Source: Blastocystis sp. Blastoise (Eukaryota > Protista > Bigyra: Opalinata). Taken from it: DNA of 64,000 nucleotides. Numbering within the stretch: position 1 is the stretch's first letter; every line of letters starts with the position of its first letter. The stretch spans positions 434,001-498,000 of the forward strand of contig JBBPEB010000017.1 of the NCBI GenBank assembly GCA_039096225.1, in the 5' to 3' direction. The notes under the pieces were generated by a model. It was given only the letters and a program-made list of their open reading frames with translations, had not been told where the DNA came from and ran no database searches. Positions 1-21,915 of the stretch are shown piece by piece. The position numbers and the translations under genes were made by a program.

Positions 1-768
1 TATATATAAACTATTATCTACAACATTATAATCCACAAATCCATGATCATAATTCTTAGCATAATCATTCCATAATCCATTATTTACTAAATAATTTTTA
101 ATAATATCATTTTTCTTTCCATTAATAATCAAATCAACTTCATCTCCTTCTTCATATTTCCTTAAAGTATCTCTTCTTACTCTACAATTAACTAATTCTA
201 CAGGAAGGGGCAAATTACAAAATTCAAATAAATCTAATAATTCTAACTGCTCTTTATCATTAAATTGATCGAAATCGACTTTCTTACCATATAAATAATT
301 TAAAAAACAATACACATAAATATCGTTTCCATTAAAATTAAGGAATATAGTTCCATCATCAGTTCTTAATTCATCTTTTGATTGTTCATATATATATGAA
401 TAAGGCATAGAATCAATTATTGTTTTGGATAAAGCAAATGCTGGACCATTATTCGTGAATCGAATCATATCCATATCCTCGATATGCTCTTCTTGATATT
501 TTCGTTTATTCTTATACTTGACTTGACTTTCTTCTTGAGAATCAGAATCATCAATTGAAATATCATTTGATTTTAAAGATCCAGATAAGTCACACCAACT
601 ATGAATATGGCTAACAAAGTTATTAATCCGTGATTCGGAATGAACACCTAAGTTCATTACAGATGACAACACACTTGTCACATCTTTCATCAATTCTTCT
701 AACAGATTAATATCCTCTTTTAAAAAGTTAAATTGATTGAAATCAAAAGGAACTTTCTCTTTTACCAT
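1..768 (-). CDS. Partial gene (3' part runs off the window); paralog of the N-terminal region of the TLDc gene at 10544-12126
   Basis: Open frame from ATG at 768: MVKEKVPFDF...IRFTNNGPAFALSK...ELRTDDGTIFLNFNG...LLDLFEFCNLPLP...NGLWNDY. It is colinear with MVKEKVEFDY...IRFTNSGPLYSLPK...DQRTVDGTIFIDYRG...LLNLFEYCELPIP...NGLWNDY at 11209-12126. Confidence 0.8.
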   Translation of the reverse strand, partial: MVKEKVPFDFNQFNFLKEDINLLEELMKDVTSVLSSVMNLGVHSESRINNFVSHIHSWCDLSGSLKSNDISIDDSDSQEESQVKYKNKRKYQEEHIEDMDMIRFTNNGPAFALSKTIIDSMPYSYIYEQSKDELRTDDGTIFLNFNGNDIYVYCFLNYLYGKKVDFDQFNDKEQLELLDLFEFCNLPLPVELVNCRVRRDTLRKYEEGDEVDLIINGKKNDIIKNYLVNNGLWNDYAKNYDHGFVDYNVVDNSLYI

Positions 769-1522
769 TTCTAACGATAACAAAAAACATAAAAACGTAT
801 TTTAATTAGAGAATTACAAAAAACGGCTAAGGTTAATTATCTGGTTTAAAATGGATAATTCTTTTTACATTTTTTTCTGAATAATTATGTTATGAGTGTT
901 AATAATTCATTTAAAATATTTTTTTAAACTTATTATAACATCTGTTCAATAATTAATTCTATTAACGTATAAATTATTTCCTAATGAAATTTTGATTTCG
1001 TTCACTCATTGAACTTACTCAACACAGACTATATAGATAAGTCGAAGATGCTGTAACTAATAGAGAAACGATGTTATTCTACTTGTTCTAAAAGAAATTG
1101 TGTTGATAAAGACAGTTCTTTCTTGTGATTCTTGATTCTATATATTCCATTATGTTTGTAGGGTGTAGTATAGTAGTATAGAAATACTTTTATCTTTAAA
1201 TATTATAACAAAAAATGATTGTGTGTACAAAAGTGATTGATTTTGACAACAAACAATACTTTTAAAGGTCTTAATGATATTAATACATTAAGTGAATGGA
1301 CTTCATAAAAATTATGGCTTAAAAACGAAAACATTTAAAAAAATAAGCAATTTTAATTGATGAAACACATATTATTAAAAAAGTATATAGAAATAAAAAG
1401 TTAAACAATTGACGCATATGAAGAAAATATTTTTTTATAGAAAATAACTATCACAGAATAATAATAATAAGAAGGAAAATATTTTGCCATGAGTTAGTCA
1501 AAATTGATAATAGAAGTATCAA

Positions 1523-3703
1523 TTATAGGGTAGTTTTAACAACAATAGAATCAGTTTGTTGATTTGTATGAATAGTTTGAAGTTCTTGACTGTTTGAGGA
1601 TTGTTTAGATGTATCCAATGATTTATGATCAGGTCTAGAGTCCTCTATGGGGATTCGTTGAATACTGTGATAAGAATGGCATGTGACACTTTAGAATATA
1701 TTTATTATATATGATTTTATAATGAATTAATAATATAGAAATATACATGATAATCACACCACAAATGACTACAACAACAACAGAACAAGAAATCAAAATA
1801 ATAACTAAAGTGTCTGTTGAGTCATCGACAGGAGTAGGAGAAGGAATAGGAGAAGGAGAAGAAGTAGGAGTAGAAGTAGGAGAAGGAGTAGGAGGAGGAG
1901 TAGGAGGAGGTGCTATCACATGAATACCTCCTACTGCGTCAGCTAAATGTATATATATATTAAATATCTGATAATTCTTATTAAAATATGAAAAAGAATT
2001 ATTTAAGAATGGTTTAAATAATATATATATACTATGACAATCATTAGTAGGGGTAGCAAATCCAATTCGATCATGTTCCCTATCATAAATAAGAGTAAAT
2101 CCTCTCATAAAAGTAGGACCGAACGTACTGTAATTCTATATACATAATAATAGTTCATTCAAAGATAATGATAATGATATACTAAACCTTTATTATCTCT
2201 TGTTATGACAAAACAATACATACTAACGTCATTTCTAACAACATACAAAAAATAAAGATTACTTGAAAGAGTAAGATGAACGCCATTCAAATAAATGTCT
2301 ATAGTCGGCCATTCAGAAGAAGAAGGACGGTCTGGTAAGCAATACTCAAAAATATCATTTTCATCACATACACCTATATAATATAATGATAAAAATATAT
2401 TTGAAGAGTATATATATATAATTTAATTGTTTTAAAAATATATTTATATATTACTGTTAATATATATATTTACCAGGAAGATGACAATAACGTGTTTTAA
2501 ACAATGTGACAAGTGCATCATAAAGATCGCTTTGAAGTACTATCCAATGTATGTAACTATTAAATACTGCGAACATTGTTTGATTTGGCTTAAAAAAATT
2601 AACATCGTTTACACGAAAATCATTTAATTCCACAGTATAATTACTGGGTACAACAAAATGAACCCATGTAATACTACCACTCTATAAAATTAATAATAGC
2701 TAATTAACCACAAAAATTACGAAATTGTGTTTTATTATTTATTATAAGTATTAAGTATGTTAATAAAGATAAAAAATGTAATGAATGCAAAAAGAAACAA
2801 AAAGAAATAAAAAATATATACATAAAGATCAGTATCTATTCCTCCATAAGTAAGAACTCCTTGATTATTTCCAAAACATATTGTAAACATATCTGTGACT
2901 CCATTTATATTATCAACCATATCATCCATATATGTATTGACACAATGAAACTTACAATCACGATGTTTATAACCTAAACCTAATACTCCATCTCTATCAG
3001 ATGTATAGAGTGTAGTATAGTCTAAATAGCCAAACGTAGTAGGAAATGATTGAGAGTATCCTGTTGTTGTTTGGAACATAATATTATCACGAATTAAACT
3101 TCCCTCTGTTCTATATATCATAATAACTAACACTCAAAAAACTGTTTATTAACAATAGATAATAAAATAATTATAAATGTATACATTAAGAATTGCCCCA
3201 AGAATATGTTAAAAGCACAAAGAGAACTATCTGCTTTTGAACAACACGCTGATGTCAAAGGATGGCAAGTACCACGGCAACCATTATTATGACATGTACC
3301 TATTTGACATAAAGAGTCACCACAACTAATAGGAGATACAGTGGTAGAATTATTCTTATCATAAGGATTTGTAGAAACCTAAATAATAAACAAAACTTTT
3401 TTTAAATTATTATATACATGATAAATACCAGCACAGATTTTAGCATATACATATGAATAGCTAAATGTTGTATCCTAAAATAATAGTTACAATAGAATAT
3501 GATGAACAGTATTACAATCATCATTCTAGCTGGAGATTCTTGAGACCCTATTTTTATATTAGTATAGTAATGCCATTCATCTCTATCAAGATTCAGCTCC
3601 GATTTTATTAATGTAACAGCCTATATTCTATAAAATTCCCATTCTTTTTATATACTTGTGTTTCCATAAGAAACGTAATGATGATCACAAATAAGAAGAT
3701 CAT
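1523..3703 (-). CDS. Pepsin-like (A1) aspartic protease homolog with signal peptide, Pro/Thr/Ser stalk and C-terminal TM helix; probably catalytically inactive; about 9 exons
   Basis: Spliced with GT-AG introns: MIFLFVIIITFLMETQ signal; YYTNIKIG; MMI/DTTFS; DGVLGLG; MFTICFG..GVLTYGG; WPTIDIY; FGPTFMRGFTLIYDREHDRIGFA; PPPTPPPTPSP stalk; hydrophobic LVIILISCSVVVVVICGVII; stop TAA at 1523-1525. Confidence 0.8.
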
Positions 3704-3962
3704 TTCTTTATTAATATATGATATATGAAACAAAAGATTTATGATTGAATTTTTTATGATAAACCGAACAAAAGATATTGTAGAATATCTGTACATTTAT
3801 ATATATATGTTCCCATATTATGTACCTGGAAGGCGTGGACATTTTGTCGAAGAAAACCCTATAAATTTTCTGAAAATTTTCTGATCCTCGCGCATAATTC
3901 GTGAATTTCCAAAAAAAAAAAAAGTTTTTACGGATTTAAAACCCGTGGAAGTGGGGATATCA

Positions 3963-4018
3963 AAAGTACCTACATGTCTGGCAGCTACATGTAGGTACTT
4001 TGTAGCTAAAGCAGCTAC
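3963..4018. repeat. Perfect 15-bp inverted repeat (3963-3977 / 3987-4001, 9-nt loop) followed by a 6-bp inverted repeat (4002-4007 / 4013-4018)
   Basis: AAAGTACCTACATGT-ctggcagct-ACATGTAGGTACTTT, then GTAGCT-aaagc-AGCTAC. Confidence 0.85.
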
Positions 4019-5089
4019 TCAATGTAGTTACAAATTTTATATTTTTTCACGGGGAAAAAAGTATTTTTATGGGGGGATGATAGATAATATCTCATCAGTA
4101 TGTTACAGTTAGAATATAAAGAGGAAATGGCTATATATGCTCTAGGTGGCCTATCTAAAGTGAAAACATCTAAAAAATTGAGTTTTTCTAAATAATATTC
4201 GGAATAACAATGGGTACATCTGAATAGCGTTGAATACTGATGATTTGAATGATGATATAAATGCGAATATTGTAGAAAGCCACAATGAGGTGTATTAGAG
4301 TAGAGTAAAGATTTAAGATGTGTCACTATTCTTCAATTACTTGCAATTTTGGTGAGATACCAACCGAAATATATTATAGAATATTTTCAGGATCATCTTG
4401 AAACTACTCGAACACTTTATATCATAAGTAGTTTAAAAATTCTTTATCAATCTCTTCTGTATTCTGAATATAGTCTTTCAAAATATATGAGATAATGGTT
4501 TTTACTCCGTTACATTATTTGGAAAAACAAAAAAAAAACGATTATAATGTATTTTGATTCAACAAAATAAAACACATTTTTGGTGACACTAATCGTTTTA
4601 CAATTATTGTTATTTGTGATATTAATAATAATGTCAATTCAAATGATAGCTTTACAATAAAAGATTAGGAATATAAACAAGAGCTTAATATATATTATTT
4701 TGTGTTAAAAACTATTACTACTTATTATTATTATTCTTTGAGTATTGTAATATATATTATTATTAATTCTATATTTTTGTAATAAAAGTATATGACTTTT
4801 TATATATGTTTTCAACTGTTTTCTTACATTTTTCATATATAGTCTATTATATTCCTTAAGATATTCATATAGTAAGTATTTTTGAAAATGGATAAAAAAA
4901 ATTTATTCCTTTGGGCTACTTTTCTTTATAATGTCTATATATATGCTAAAAACAAAATAAAAACTGTTTTCAATATGAATAAAAGGAAAATAAAGAATAA
5001 AATAGATAATTTATACAGGAATTCATTTCGTGTAATATATTATTAAATAAATTTTACTTATATAATATTGAGTATGATAACAATGGCTT

Positions 5090-8000
5090 TTATAGAATAT
5101 CTAACAGTGGATTAATCATATCTTTATAATTATTTAACAAAGGTTTGCTATCTATATATATATATGTAAATATAATAGAATCAAAAAAATACCACGTGCT
5201 ACACCTTTAAGTTTTCTCAAATATGGGAATGTATTATTAATCACCAAATCTATAAATTTTGATCGATAATCAGTATCACGGGAACCTATATATATATATA
5301 AACTGAATATATTATGAATATATACCAAGTCCTAAAAATCTAATTTGTTTAGTATAATCCATTTGAAGTTGCTTATAAATATAATCTAAGTACGTTTTGG
5401 AATATCCTTTTGAATAAATGGACATATTATACATATCAATAGAAGTGCACGGAATATTTAAATATAAACAAAGTGATGGAAAAGCATCAAATATATTAAC
5501 TTGAGAATTATTAGATGTTTTAACCGTAAACTTCTTAAAATAGGGTAAAACTATATTTGGAATATCTTTAAATGAGTCGACGAATGTAAGCAATTCAGTG
5601 AATAATGATGAATCTTCAACTATATATATGTTTATATATTTATATAATGATTTTATAATTAGTATTTTAGTAAAAACACCATACAATCGTATGTTATATT
5701 GAGAGATTTGAGTTTTGTAAGTTTATTATTTTTTATACACTGAATAATTTTATCATAAATTTGAGTTATCTTACTGTTACTACCAAATGTAATTGATAAT
5801 TCTTGGAGATTTGTCCATAAAGGGCGATTTATAGAGTCATCAGATAAGAATATATAATCCACAAAAGAATAAGCTATATAGAAACGTATATATATATTAA
5901 AATATAAACAAATAAAGTGATTTATATATATATTTAATAAAACAAAAAAAAACATATATATACGGATATTTAATATTTGAAGTTTGTTAGAGAATGTATC
6001 AAAGAATTTAATTTGTTCAGTAGGTATTGTCTCTATATATATTGATAATATAAATATCATGTATTTATGTTGAATATTAATACATATATATCAACATACT
6101 AACAGCCTCCTGCTGATAATACACAAAATTATTTCCAAATAATGGAGAATTTTGTGTACGTGATCTATTAACAGTTTGATTCTTTTTAAGAATATAGTTT
6201 ATGTCAAAATCAGGTTTGCCTTCTATATACATATAATACAAAAATATATATATAATAATAGTAAAAAACAATAATAATAATATATAATTTATACTAATAA
6301 TTAACGAAGTAACATTTTTATAATTCCCAGAAGATAGAAAGGAAAGATATTCACTAAAATAGGATGAATCTTTCATACTCGTTTCATCGACTATATATAT
6401 TGAATATATATGATAGTATATTATTCTATAAGAACTATATAATGAATAAATACCATTTATTGTAACTGTTTCAACATGATCAAAACACATGTTCTTATAT
6501 ATATTTAATAGTTTATGTAAACTTTCGTATGAAATAGAGTTCATATCTATATATAGAAATATTATTATCAAGAAATATTTATTTTTATACCTATATATAT
6601 TGATCGAAAAGGACATGTGCTGAAATCAAGCTTAGAATAATCATCTATTCGTTTAATTATAAAAGAAACTATATATATTATAATAATAAATAAATGACTA
6701 TATAAATACTATTATATATAATAGTATTCACAGTAAGAAGACCTTTATTAAAAAGTTGATTCCATAATATTAAATATGTATGAGCAAGTATGTTTGCTAT
6801 ATATAGAAATTTTTATAAATAGCAAGTATATTTAAATTAATGAATACATGGTATATATACTATTTATTGTTATTGGATTCATTTTTTTAGCTGTTTCTAA
6901 GTTTTCTACTGCTTTTTCTGTGAAGTAGAAAGAATAGGTTAATTTACTATTATCAGTAAGAATAGTATCCATTAATTGAAGTAACGAGACAGGTAATAAA
7001 CAATGTATCATATCGAATATAACTGAATTCTCTGTATTTAAATTGAAATCACGTAAATCATATATATGTAACTTTGGGAAATTCTCTCTTTTTATTAACG
7101 GAAACAATTTAGTTAACATTACAATACTAGATTCTGTTATATTTATGCCTATATATATAATTATTGTCATCTTTATATTTATGTGTATATAAAATTATAT
7201 ATTATATATTATATATTATATATTATATATTATATATTATATATTATATATTATATATTATATATTATATACTTTCCATTTTAAGAGTAGTAACACTTGG
7301 AAAAACATGAGTTTCAAGTATTTCAACAAATAATTGTTTATATCCAAAATAAGATTCTATACGAATAACTATATATATATACATATATATAGATCACAAT
7401 ATATGTACAATTAAATATATCCATTATTTGTATATTATCTAATAATCCATCTCTTAATGCTTTTAGGAATGGAGGGACAGCTAATTGTAATTTATAATGA
7501 CTATCGTCTATATTAATAATATTATCATATATGATATAATTTGATTAATTATATTAAGTTATATCAACTATATATAGACTGTATATATAAACTATATATA
7601 AATTTATATACTATAAATATGACAGTCTTTTAATTGTTTACACACAGGTATACTCAATATATAAGAAAGTATTTCATAACAAAGATAATCATCATATCTA
7701 TATATTATATTATAATTATAATAGTTATGTATATATACTAATGATATAAACTACACAAATAATAATATATAAAAAATTAAATTAATATTGATAACTATAT
7801 TTTTACTTTAATATTGGGTGCTCTATATCTCTTACTATATATATGTAGAATAATTAGAAATATGTATATATATATACCTCCATATTTATCAATAAATGAG
7901 AATTCAAGAGAAACATTCTTCTTGACATTATTTATAATTACATCCTTCTTTCTCATAGCAACAATATTTTCATTATTTTTACGGGAATAACAGCATGGTA

Positions 8001-9269
8001 CTTGAATATATAAATCAGGCTTATTCTTCTCGTTTTCATTATGTAATTCTTCATCAATATCTATAGGTATAATCTCATGATGTATTATATTCTGTAAAGA
8101 AGTATTTTCTGATATATTCTTTTTTTGATTAATTTGAGTATTATCTTGAATTGTATCAAGTACTTTTTCTTTATTGTCTTTATTTTCTTTAGACTCTTTA
8201 TAAATATGAAAAGAATATAATTTGTCTTTCTCTATATTAGGATGAAGTGATTTATATCGTTCATATGCTTCAGGATAATTATTTTCATAATAAATTCTCT
8301 TATATTCTCTATATAATTCTCTATAATTAAGATCATCTCTAGTTACTTTAATCTCTTTGTTTTGAGGATAATAAGAAACTATATATAATAATCAAATATA
8401 ATATAATATAATATAATATACTATTCATGTTATATTCTTCTAATTTTGGGAATATTTCAAGTAAATTGGAAGGATATATATTCTCATAAGGAATTGCATC
8501 AGAGAAATCAACTATAGATATATACAAAGAATAAAAATAAATACATTTTATATTGACTGTTGTTATATTATAAAGATCAAATAACTCTGAATATTGCTGA
8601 AATATCGTATTTCTTTCTTTTGTGATTATCCCTATTCATGATAAATATAGAATAGTATGTGTACTCTTATTATATATATACCTTCTATTGTCAATTCACG
8701 TTTTATTGTATAATCATACAAAGAGTCTAAATCCCTATATATATAAAGATAACATTTCTATAATAGCTATAGATAATACATTTTACAATTATTTTGCTCA
8801 ATAAATAACTGTAAGGCTTGACTTTGATAATCTTCAATTTTTATCAAATAACTTCGAATTTCATATCCGAAATAGTATTTTCCAGCTTGATATATCTTAA
8901 ATATATCTTTCATAGACATTGAATCCAGTGTTGTTTCTTCTTGCAAAAATGGAATCAATTTATCTATGCACAGGGATGGAAAATCGAAATAATAAGCTTT
9001 TTTATCTTTTACAAAGTTTTCATTACTGTCAGTAATAAGAGAAAGTATTTTACTTGGATATTTCAGAAAGAAAGACGATGAAATCGTTGTGGTTACTTCA
9101 TCTTGAAATATGAAACTATATGATTTCTTTGATAATTTCTTTGATAATGACAATGGATTATCAAGTGATGTAGAACTCTTTTGTTCATTGGAGAGATTGA
9201 CCGAATTTGTGGTTGAAACTACCTTTAGAAAGTATTAAATTCTTAAAATATTTAATTCAATACTTCCAT
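5090..9269 (-). CDS. Multi-exon hypothetical protein with N-terminal BTB/POZ(KCTD)-like domain and degenerate leucine-rich (FPxL) repeats; 3' end uncertain (may extend to ~4830)
   Basis: ATG GAA|gt at 9269, then YSFIFQDEVTTTISSSFFLKYPSKILSL...YYFDFP..IDKLIPFL (BTB-like). Repeated IFPKLEE, VFPSV, NFPKLHIYDL, WTNLQELSI, AFPSL, TFPYLRKL motifs. GT-AG introns keep frame where checked. Confidence 0.6.
7196..7270. repeat. Intronic (ATATT)n pentanucleotide microsatellite
   Basis: Direct reading of the tandem array. Confidence 0.85.
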
Positions 9270-10543
9270 TTATAATAATTACTATATTATGATGATAAAC
9301 AAGCTTATTTCAATGAATCAAACTAGATTATGTTAGATTAAAATTCATGGGAAATCTTTTTTTTGAAGGGAAAAGAAATAAATTTCAAAAATAGATTGAA
9401 AAATTTAAAATAATAATCAAGTGATAATAACTTATCAATAAACTAATAATATATATATTTATTTGCTTTTTTTAATACTAAAGGCAACATTACACATCGT
9501 GGAGTCACTTTCACTGCAGTATTTTCACATGTTTTATTGAATTTGCATTTATTTTTCATTATATTCATGATTTATTAGTTTATAAAGTATGCAAAATTTT
9601 GATAGTCTTATTTATGGATATAAAAAATGAGATTCGTATATATAATTATCATTCCAAAAACTCAATTTATTGTTTATTCTTCAAAATCTATGCTTGATCT
9701 CTTTATAATAATTATTCTATTTAGAATTGAATGAAAAATAAGCAATTAAATTCTTATTTACTAGAGAATCGGTCACATTTAACATGAAACTGAGTATTCA
9801 AATAACAAATATATCTATAATCTGAATGAGACATTGATTAGAAGAAATAGTGTCATCTTATAATTGGATAATTATCGATTGCTAAAATTGAAGACTTTAT
9901 AATTTAGTAAATAGCTCATAAATCAATAAGAGTACATTCGGACACTGAGAATATACAGGAATTATAGACTAATATTAATTTCGTGTAGAAAATGCCCAAT
10001 TGTTGTGATTTAAGTATCATTTAAGGTTTACCAAGAAATATAACTAGAGTTATTCAATTCATTAAATTGCTGACTAATAAAGCAATAGCATAATTCACAA
10101 AGAAAACAAAGTTAAATCATCAAATATTCATTTATTATCAACAAATAGTTTATTCTATAAAGAGTCATATGATATTTTTTTTATCCTTTAATTTACATAA
10201 ATAATAATATACTATTTCAATAGTTTTTTATGTTTTAATATACTTTATTTTTGTTTATTTCTTTAAAACTACATTATTTAATATACATGTGTCTTTTTCA
10301 TGAGTTTCTTTTGATCTAAATGTTTATGTCTTATTTAGTTAATTATTTTTATAAATTTGCCTGTTATAATAATGAAACTATGGAATAATTTAATATAAAA
10401 ATGTTAAAAACAAAATATATATAGTGTTTAAGAAATAATTAAAAAAAAATATATATATAGGCTAAAAACTATTTAAAAACAATTTAAAACAAAATACATT
10501 ATAATTATTAATAGTATCACTTTCTACTATAACTATTGATATA

Positions 10544-12126
10544 TTAAATTCTTCCCCAGACTTCATAATTTTCGATTTGAAAGAAATTAGTAGAATTAGA
10601 ACTAGCAGTATTCACAAATAAGGATGCTTTTTGAGTAGTATTAATAGTTGTAAAAGATCTTGAATTATTCCAAGCGTTATTACTACTTTTTTGACAGTTA
10701 TCTAATATATCAATATCAGGACCCCCTCCAAATGAGGGGCCATGAGAACACACACAATATATACCTCTACCATTACCATTATGTTTATATTGAGTAGGAG
10801 GAATACCATGTTCATTCCTTAATGTAAAGAGAAATTCTTTAGATACTAATTTGTCACCTATAAAAATATATATATAATAATTATTTGTTGTATAGAACAA
10901 ATATATATGTTACCTGAATCAGATTCCCAACTTTGATCTGTATATCCTCCAAATATATTAATCTTATTATTTTTACCTATATGCTTAATTAGAGTCACTG
11001 TTTCTCCTTGATTATCACAATATTTATGGAATTCACTTGCAGAATAATTATGTTCACTTGCTCTATATATATATTGTATATATATATATATAAACTATAT
11101 ATACCTAAATAATAATGTCCATTTCTTTTCAGTACCTAGCCAATTGATTAAGGGAATTTCTGATATTTTATTAACTATACATTAATGTGGAAAATATATA
11201 TTTATATTTCATCCATTGTTAATAGCAGAAATTCCTGAATTACCAAAAAGTGAATACATTTCTTTCTTCAATAATTCTCTATCGATATTGTTTATTTCTT
11301 CTTTTGTTATATAAATACTATGATATTTAATAAATTCATGAATATAATCAATATATTTATAATTCATCTTTATAGACATCAAATTATCAATTTCTTCATA
11401 ATCTACATATCCGTGACCATACTCATAAAGATAATCATTCCATAATCCATTCTCCTTCCAATAATCTCTTAATATATCATCTTTCTTATCATTTACATAA
11501 AGAATAACATCATCATCTTCTTTATATAGTTTCACACCATAATCTCTTCTATAATAAGTTTTCACTAATTCTTCAGGAATAGGTAATTCACAATATTCAA
11601 ATAAATTTAATAAATCAATTTGATCACACAAACTTAACTTATCAATATTTATTTTCTTATTCATTAAAGAATCAATTAATAAAGGAAAAAGTGTTTCATC
11701 ACCACGATAATCAATAAATATAGTACCATCAACAGTTCTTTGATCTTCTTTAGAATTTTCATATAAATATGTTCCTACTAAACTATTTGTTATTCTTTTA
11801 GGAAGAGAATAAAGTGGACCACTATTTGTAAATCGAATATAATCAATTCTATTATCATTATTATTCATATTAGCATCATATTCATGAATATATGAAGATT
11901 CTTGGATAATTATATTTGAATCATCACCATTCTTATCATTCATTCCTTCACAATTTCTTGTTAATCGATTCAATAATTCATTCACGGACTCACTTGAATG
12001 AACACAGAAACTTATTGACTTACTTAAAATACCAATCAAATCACCAATCAGTCTTTCAAAATGAATTACATCCTTCTGAATATCACCTATCTTACTATAA
12101 TCAAATTCTACCTTCTCTTTCACCAT
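10544..12126 (-). CDS. TLDc-domain protein with BTB-like N-terminal region; intact only if a 69-nt intron at 11175-11243 is spliced, otherwise a pseudogene
   Basis: C-terminal TLDc motifs WLGTEKKWTLLFR/ASEHNYSASEFHKYCDNQGETVTLIK..IFGGYT, FLFTL, GPSFGGGPDI, FQIENYEVW. Two in-frame stops lie between 11180 and 11211. Confidence 0.75.
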
Positions 12127-13173
12127 TCTTAATAATAAAAGAAATAAAAGAGATGGAAAATCTTTAAAAATTTTTTTTAGCAAAAACGAAATCTCTAAAA
12201 AGTTATTCACAATTAGTCTATGTCTTAGTTTTTATTACTTATTATTTTTTCTTTGTATGCAATATCTTTCGTTACATATCCTTGAATAGCATCAATGCTA
12301 TAGCATTACTTTTTTTTCAAATTATGCTCTCTTTTTTCTCATTTATAAATACATTACATATCTTTTACATATATATAAATCTATTAAATGCTGATTAAAT
12401 TATTGTAGTAAATGAAACTGCAATGTTTTTCATATTTTCTGTTAATGTTAATCTCTCATTTAACATTTTTCTATCAGGAAATGTTCTCCATCTTTCCCAA
12501 ATGATCAATACATTCATAATTATATAATTTACATTAGTTATTTATAAAAACTAATGACAATTTATTATTTCACACTCAGAGGAGTTATATATTAAACGTA
12601 GTTTAAGCATTCCAGATGAAGAGAAGGCGACTAGAATATATTCCATGGCTTTTTAAGTGAATTATTACCAACCCAACAATTTTAAAGATCTCCGAATTCA
12701 TTATTTGCCTTCATGGTAACTTAAAATTTAGTTGAATAGCATAATCCCAACGAAGATTATGTTATAAAGGATAATATATTTAAAAAATGTCAAATTATCA
12801 CGACTATATTCTATTTCGAGTTATATAGGTTTTGTATCTGTAGTTACGTAATTAAAAAACAATAAGATCTAAGAAGAAAAAGCCCTATTTATGCAAATGA
12901 ATTAATCGCAACATTGTGTTTTTTCTACAATTTTATGTTAAACATGGATCAATATGATATCCATTTTTCATAGAATGAAATTCACCATGTCATTATGTAT
13001 ATTCGAAACAATAAAGAAGAGACAAAAGACCCGCCAAATTCAAAGATGAAATATTTCCAGATAAACATGGTTCCCTTTTTTTAACAAGTTTTAATTACTT
13101 TCAAACTTGTTTTTCTTCATATATGTTCCAAATAGCAAACAGATTTCTTTATTAATTTAAAGTACATAATAAG

Positions 13174-21915
<8,742 letters not shown>

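Noticed and set aside
11180-11211. Alternative genetic code suggested by in-frame TGA and TAA
   Set aside because: Conserved genes here use TGG for Trp, CAA for Gln and TAA/TAG as stops; an intron or pseudogenisation explains this single case.
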